A DNA stretch of 48,956 nucleotides, taken from the NCBI GenBank assembly GCA_045651445.1, contig JAZRSI010000056.1, positions 1 through 48,956 on the forward strand. The letters are read 5' to 3'. The DNA comes from Candidatus Enterousia sp. (GTDB taxonomy: Bacteria > Pseudomonadota > Alphaproteobacteria > Rs-D84). Every line of letters starts with the position of its first letter. The first letter of the stretch is position 1. Positions 44,672-48,956 of the stretch are shown one piece after another. A program made the position numbers and the translations under genes. A model generated the notes under the pieces. It worked only from the letters and a program-made list of their open reading frames with translations. It was not told the origin of the DNA and ran no database searches.

Positions 44672-46644
44672 TTCCATAACCTGTTATGTCTCAGGTGTTC
44701 AACACGTCCGTCTTCATAAATCAAAATTGCGCCGTTTTGAATTTTATTTGCGCATTGTTCTGATTTAATATCAAAGTAAGAAATAATATAATCGACATTA
44801 TCGTCTTTGCATAATGTTTTTATATTATTCATCAGCGGAACGAATTTTTGGATATAAACAATATTTTTATACCGATAAACACCGCGTTCATGCTTGCGTC
44901 GAATATTCTTTGTTTTTGTCGGTTCACCATTTCGCTGCTTCCAGGTATCAAAAGCAAAATAATGATTCGACGCCCTTGATTTATTAAATTCTAATTTTCC
45001 ATCATCGCGTAAAAACGCCACCAGTTCATGATCATTTGACGCATAGAATATCGGTTTTGGTGTCTTGATTACGGTTAATATTCCCGCCACAACAAAGACA
45101 CAAAATAAAATATAATTTATTTTAATTTTTATTGGTTTAACAATAGTCAATCCGATAAACGCACAAATAAAAAGAATAATCGCGATATTTGATATATGTG
45201 GCATTTGTAAATTTGCCAACGGTAAATCAGAAATATTCTTTGCAACATTTATCAAAGAATCATATGCCCAATCTGCGATATCCAACGGCAATCTGATATT
45301 AAATATTGCTGAAATTGTTCCTATTAAAACGCAAGGCATAATAACGACGGAAAATATAGGCAACAATATCAAATTTCCAATCAAACTATAAATTGGAATT
45401 TTACCGAAATGCATTGCCACAAATGGTGCGGTAAATATGGTTGCAACAACCGAAGTAAGAACACACGCATAAATAATCCTAAGGAATTTATTTTGTGGCA
45501 TTTTGGGTTTGACAATTGAATACATCCAAATTAATCCCCACACCGCCATAAAAGACAATTGAAATCCCGCTTGCATAACATAGTGCGGATTTATCAAGAA
45601 AATAAAACAAAATACGATTGCTATATTTCGCATAGAAATCACACTGCGTCCAAACGCAAATGCTAAAAACATCAGTGTTGTCATTGCGAACGCACGTACG
45701 GTTGCGACATCTATTCCCGACAAGAACAGATATAGCAGCAATCCCAACCACGCTGCACCCATTGCGGGAATTTTTGCAGGATACCTGCGCGTAATGTATG
45801 GTATTGAACGAAATATCAGATAAAATATTGCGAACAACCATCCGCCCACTAATGTCATATGAAATCCACTAATTGACCAAACGTGCCCGATACCTGTTGC
45901 AGTCCATATTTCATTATCTTCTTTTGGAACTGCGTTTTTATACCCCAGCACCAATGTATCTGCCAGAAAAGATTTTGCATTGTCGTGCAGATAATTTCGT
46001 ATTGAATTAATTCCAACAAAATTTTTGTGATTAATAATTTTTATATTGGTCGCATACCCATTTGCTGTCAGATTATTAAAATAAGCCCATCTGGCATAAT
46101 CAAAGCTTTCTGGGGCGTATGCATTTGTGGGTTTAAATAATGCACCTTGAAAATTTATTTCATCACCAATTTCTGGCAAGGGTACATCATCGGTCAAAGA
46201 AATACGAATAATTGCATTTCCAGTGCCTGCGTGAATATCATCTGCATTAACATTTAAATAAATTCTGGTTTTATCGGATACATAGTCAATCGATTTAACC
46301 ATTGCACTAATATTAACGGAACGCAAATCGTGTTTTATAATTGGCGTATTGATAAGATTTGTAAATATTGCGGCATAACAAAACCCGAATACACCCAACC
46401 CAATTGCGCGCAATAGTATAGACGTTCGTTTGAAAAATATTAAAATTATTGCGATTAAAAAGAAAATTATACACCCAATAAAATTTGGTTCTTTATCAAT
46501 GGTGAAATAAACCCCGGCGCCGGCTGCAATCAAGAACGGCACATACAAGAATAAATTTTCACGTTGATTATTTAACCATTTCCGCATAACGTTAGTATAG
46601 GATTTTAGTCGGGCTAAATTCAAGTCCCTATTAACGTCCGCCAT
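44668..46644 (-). CDS. comEC: ComEC/Rec2-family DNA internalisation channel protein (no recognisable metallo-beta-lactamase HxHxDH motif)
   Basis: Polytopic membrane protein with Competence-domain-like TM core. 658 aa. Confidence 0.8.
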   Translation of the reverse strand: MADVNRDLNLARLKSYTNVMRKWLNNQRENLFLYVPFLIAAGAGVYFTIDKEPNFIGCIIFFLIAIILIFFKRTSILLRAIGLGVFGFCYAAIFTNLINTPIIKHDLRSVNISAMVKSIDYVSDKTRIYLNVNADDIHAGTGNAIIRISLTDDVPLPEIGDEINFQGALFKPTNAYAPESFDYARWAYFNNLTANGYATNIKIINHKNFVGINSIRNYLHDNAKSFLADTLVLGYKNAVPKEDNEIWTATGIGHVWSISGFHMTLVGGWLFAIFYLIFRSIPYITRRYPAKIPAMGAAWLGLLLYLFLSGIDVATVRAFAMTTLMFLAFAFGRSVISMRNIAIVFCFIFLINPHYVMQAGFQLSFMAVWGLIWMYSIVKPKMPQNKFLRIIYACVLTSVVATIFTAPFVAMHFGKIPIYSLIGNLILLPIFSVVIMPCVLIGTISAIFNIRLPLDIADWAYDSLINVAKNISDLPLANLQMPHISNIAIILFICAFIGLTIVKPIKIKINYILFCVFVVAGILTVIKTPKPIFYASNDHELVAFLRDDGKLEFNKSRASNHYFAFDTWKQRNGEPTKTKNIRRKHERGVYRYKNIVYIQKFVPLMNNIKTLCKDDNVDYIISYFDIKSEQCANKIQNGAILIYEDGRVEHLRHNRLWN

Positions 46645-46948
46645 ATATAAAAGAATTATTTTTTGAAATTTCGATTATAGCATCAATATTGTCATTTTCG
46701 GATGTTTTTTGTCGTTTAATTTTTCCGCAAACATCACATTTATGCGTAATAATATACTTTGCCCCATCTGCTTCGACGGCGATTGGCTTCATCATCCCAC
46801 CACAAGTGGCCGCCCGATCCCCAGGATTATTATCGACATGCCTGGACCACAGGCAATTTGGACAGTGATTTGTATATCCATTACCACGAACAACTGCGCC
46901 ACAGTGGGCGCAGTTAAAATCTTCAACGGTTTTTGTAAAGCCTTTCAT
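46631..46948 (-). CDS. RNHCP-domain protein
   Basis: FNCAHCG...GYTNHCPNCLWSRHVD plus a second CxxC pair. Confidence 0.8.
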   Translation of the reverse strand: MKGFTKTVEDFNCAHCGAVVRGNGYTNHCPNCLWSRHVDNNPGDRAATCGGMMKPIAVEADGAKYIITHKCDVCGKIKRQKTSENDNIDAIIEISKNNSFIYGGR

Positions 46949-47196
46949 TATAACCCCAGTGCATTACGATACATTTGTGTTAATTCGTCTGCCTCGTCCA
47001 GTTCATCTGGGTCAAGTTTTCTTAGACGAATCATTTGTCTGATATATTTTGGGTCAAATCCTGCGGATTTAGCCTCGCTATAAATTTCTTTGATATCCGC
47101 AGCGATTGCGGCCGTATCCTCATTTAATTTTTCGATTCTTTCGATAATGCTAATTAATTGTTGATTATCGATTGCGCCATGATTTGCCTGTTTCAT
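46948..47196 (-). CDS. DUF2312 / UPF0335-family protein
   Basis: LISIIERIEKLNEDTAAIAADIKEIYSEAKSAGFDPKYIRQMIRLRK is characteristic of this family, which is typical of alphaproteobacteria. Confidence 0.85.
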   Translation of the reverse strand: MKQANHGAIDNQQLISIIERIEKLNEDTAAIAADIKEIYSEAKSAGFDPKYIRQMIRLRKLDPDELDEADELTQMYRNALGL

Positions 47197-47286
47197 TTCA
47201 GTTTTCCCCTTGTTTATTTATAAATAATATGATATATGAATATTCGTAAAAATCAAGAAAACAAATTTAATTGGGAAGAACGAAAA

Positions 47287-48657
47287 ATGAAAAGATTTAC
47301 AAAAATAACTGCATCAATTGGTCCAAAATGCGAAGACAAAGAAACCCTAACACGTATGATAAGCGCTGGTGTTAATATGTGCCGCTTGAATTTTAGTCAT
47401 GACACGGGTGATGTCCAAGGGCGCAAGATTGATATGATACGTGAAATTTCATCTGAATTAAATATGCCTGTTGCGGTAATGATAGACTTACAGGGGCCAA
47501 AGCACAGAATTGGTAATTTTGCCACCGAAGATAAATATCCACTTGAACTGGGCCAGAAGTTTACATTTGATACTGACGCGACACCTGGCGACAATACGCG
47601 TGTTCAGTTACCTGATACTGATGTTCTTGGGTCGTTAAAAGTTGGCGATAGAATATTATTAAACGATGGCAAGATTGAAATGCGCGTTGATTTTGCATCC
47701 CCATCCAAGGTTGACGCAACTGTAATTCGTGGCACGGAAATTTGGTCGCGTCGTGGCTTTAATTTACCAGATACAGAAATTGCTACATCTGTTTTAACCG
47801 CCAAGGATAGGGCAGATTTGGAATACGCTATAACCAAGAACCCGGATTGGGTTGCGATATCTTTTGTTCAAAAACCAGAAGACATTGCCGAAGTGCGTGA
47901 TTTTATAACGGGACGCACATCCCATCCTATTAAAATTATTGCCAAGATAGAACGTCCAAATGCGGTTGAACGTATTACTGATATTGCTGCGATTGCGGAC
48001 GGTATAATGATTGCGCGTGGCGACTTGGCGGTAGAGGTTCCCTATGCAGATGTTCCTGCGATATCACGTCGTATTATTCGTGAATGTCGCAAAATGAACA
48101 AGCCTGTAATTGTTGCAACGCAAATGTTGGGGTCGATGGTGAATAGTGAATTCCCAACCCGCGCTGAAATTACAGACGTTGCGAATACGGCGTATCTTCG
48201 TGCGGATTCATCTATGACATCCGAAGAAACAACAATTGGTATTAATCCAGTTAATGTGATTGAAACGATGTCAAATATATTATCACACGCAGACATGGAT
48301 ACAATTGCGAATCCTTATGATTGGTCGCGTGTTGAAAATATCCCTGAAAATGATTGGTCGCGTTCTGTGGCATCAATGGCATATTTGAACAAAGCATCTG
48401 CGATTGTTGTTTTTGCACGTGATACGGCGACTGCGACGGAAATATCTTGTCGCAAACCAGATATCCCAGTAATTGCGATATGTAACGAATCTGTGATTGC
48501 GAATCAATTATGTTTGGCGCGTGGAATTTTCCCAATATACGATAACGAATTATTTGGTATGCGCGATGCATTTAATGCGGTCCGCAGATTTCACATAAAT
48601 TCTGGCAAACTTGTAATTGTGGACGGTGAAAACATCAGTCTGCGTACACTAGATTAA
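47287..48657 (+). CDS. pyk: Pyruvate kinase
   Basis: TKITASIGPKC, NMCRLNFSH, MIARGDLAVE and VIVATQML motifs. The ATG at 47287 has a GGAAG SD. Confidence 0.93.
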   Translation: MKRFTKITASIGPKCEDKETLTRMISAGVNMCRLNFSHDTGDVQGRKIDMIREISSELNMPVAVMIDLQGPKHRIGNFATEDKYPLELGQKFTFDTDATPGDNTRVQLPDTDVLGSLKVGDRILLNDGKIEMRVDFASPSKVDATVIRGTEIWSRRGFNLPDTEIATSVLTAKDRADLEYAITKNPDWVAISFVQKPEDIAEVRDFITGRTSHPIKIIAKIERPNAVERITDIAAIADGIMIARGDLAVEVPYADVPAISRRIIRECRKMNKPVIVATQMLGSMVNSEFPTRAEITDVANTAYLRADSSMTSEETTIGINPVNVIETMSNILSHADMDTIANPYDWSRVENIPENDWSRSVASMAYLNKASAIVVFARDTATATEISCRKPDIPVIAICNESVIANQLCLARGIFPIYDNELFGMRDAFNAVRRFHINSGKLVIVDGENISLRTLD

Positions 48658-48663
48658 AATCAA

Positions 48664-48686
48664 ATCCCCCGATTGGGGGATTTTTT
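48664..48686 (+). terminator. Rho-independent terminator (ATCCCCCgattGGGGGAT + T-run)
   Basis: Hairpin plus T-run. Confidence 0.85.
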
Positions 48687-48699
48687 AATGAAAAAATCA

Positions 48700-48956
48700 T
48701 TCCCCCTGTATCATCCCGTGGCTTGACTTTCGCCCCACAAGGGGGCAGGATATCTTTCAACACCCTTTGCCCGCACCACGAAGTTTTAACGAAGTGGTGT
48801 CATCCCTGCGCAGGCAGGGATAGGGTCTATAAAATTTACCTAACTTTATCTGCACGCGTTTCACACGCATTACCTGGGTTCCGTGGCCAAACCACGGAAT
48901 GACAATTTTTTAAGCAAAAAAATTGTTCTCCTGCCCCCGGTGTGGGGCGGGTTAAT
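48700..48956. repeat. GC-rich MITE-like element with ~20-bp terminal inverted repeats (may run past the window end)
   Basis: CGCCCCACAAGGGGGCAGGA (48731-48750) versus TCCTGCCCCCGGTGTGGGGCG (48929-48949). Internally it carries the same CACCACGAAGTTTTAACGAAGTGGTG + TCATCCCTGCGCAGGCAGGGATAGGG module as 41405-41460, plus a TTCCGTGGccaaaCCACGGAA hairpin. Confidence 0.7.

Overview
This is an AT-rich bacterial chromosomal window. It starts at the 3' end of an rRNA operon (5S rRNA) and consists mostly of housekeeping genes. Plus strand: gyrA, a MerR-family regulator, a PBP5/6-type DD-carboxypeptidase with a SPOR tail, recR, rsmA, a Kef-type antiporter, lspA, yidC, a MarR-TolC-adaptor-RND efflux operon, def-fmt-truA and pyk. 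Minus strand: rpmH, a PagL-like protein, rmuC, and a DUF2312-RNHCP-comEC operon. The DUF2312/UPF0335 gene, an ankyrin-repeat protein, shortened housekeeping genes and GC-rich palindromic mini-elements suggest a host-associated alphaproteobacterium with a reduced genome (inference).

The main accessory feature is an 8.4-kb integrative island at tRNA-Gln (21102-29491), bounded by a perfect 19-bp direct repeat. It carries a tyrosine integrase, a small serine recombinase, an HUH Rep-like gene and a three-gene minus-strand operon. That operon encodes a lipoprotein, a Slam/DUF560 (type XI secretion) outer-membrane protein and a second lipoprotein; both lipoproteins look like TbpB-type surface lipoproteins.

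The operon is preceded by a 229-nt conserved leader. A second copy of equal length lies 14 kb away, in front of an unrelated small secreted Cys-rich protein. Both copies have a closing helix, conserved stems with variable loops, G-U pairs that exist only on the minus strand, a GNRA hairpin, a 3' terminator-like hairpin next to the SD, and a promoter at identical spacing. I could not match it to any riboswitch class I know, so I flag it as the best candidate for something undescribed.

Other points of interest:
- degenerate att-like remnants upstream of the island
- mosaic tandem paralogs after the 5S gene
- a tRNA-Glu 3'-end duplication
- very large Cys-rich exported proteins
- a T19 tract in front of a translationally coupled gene pair
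- a minimal RND adaptor
- MITE-like GC-rich palindromic repeats

I saw no CRISPR array and no recognisable known defence system. All calls come from reading the sequence and ORF translations by eye; no searches were run.
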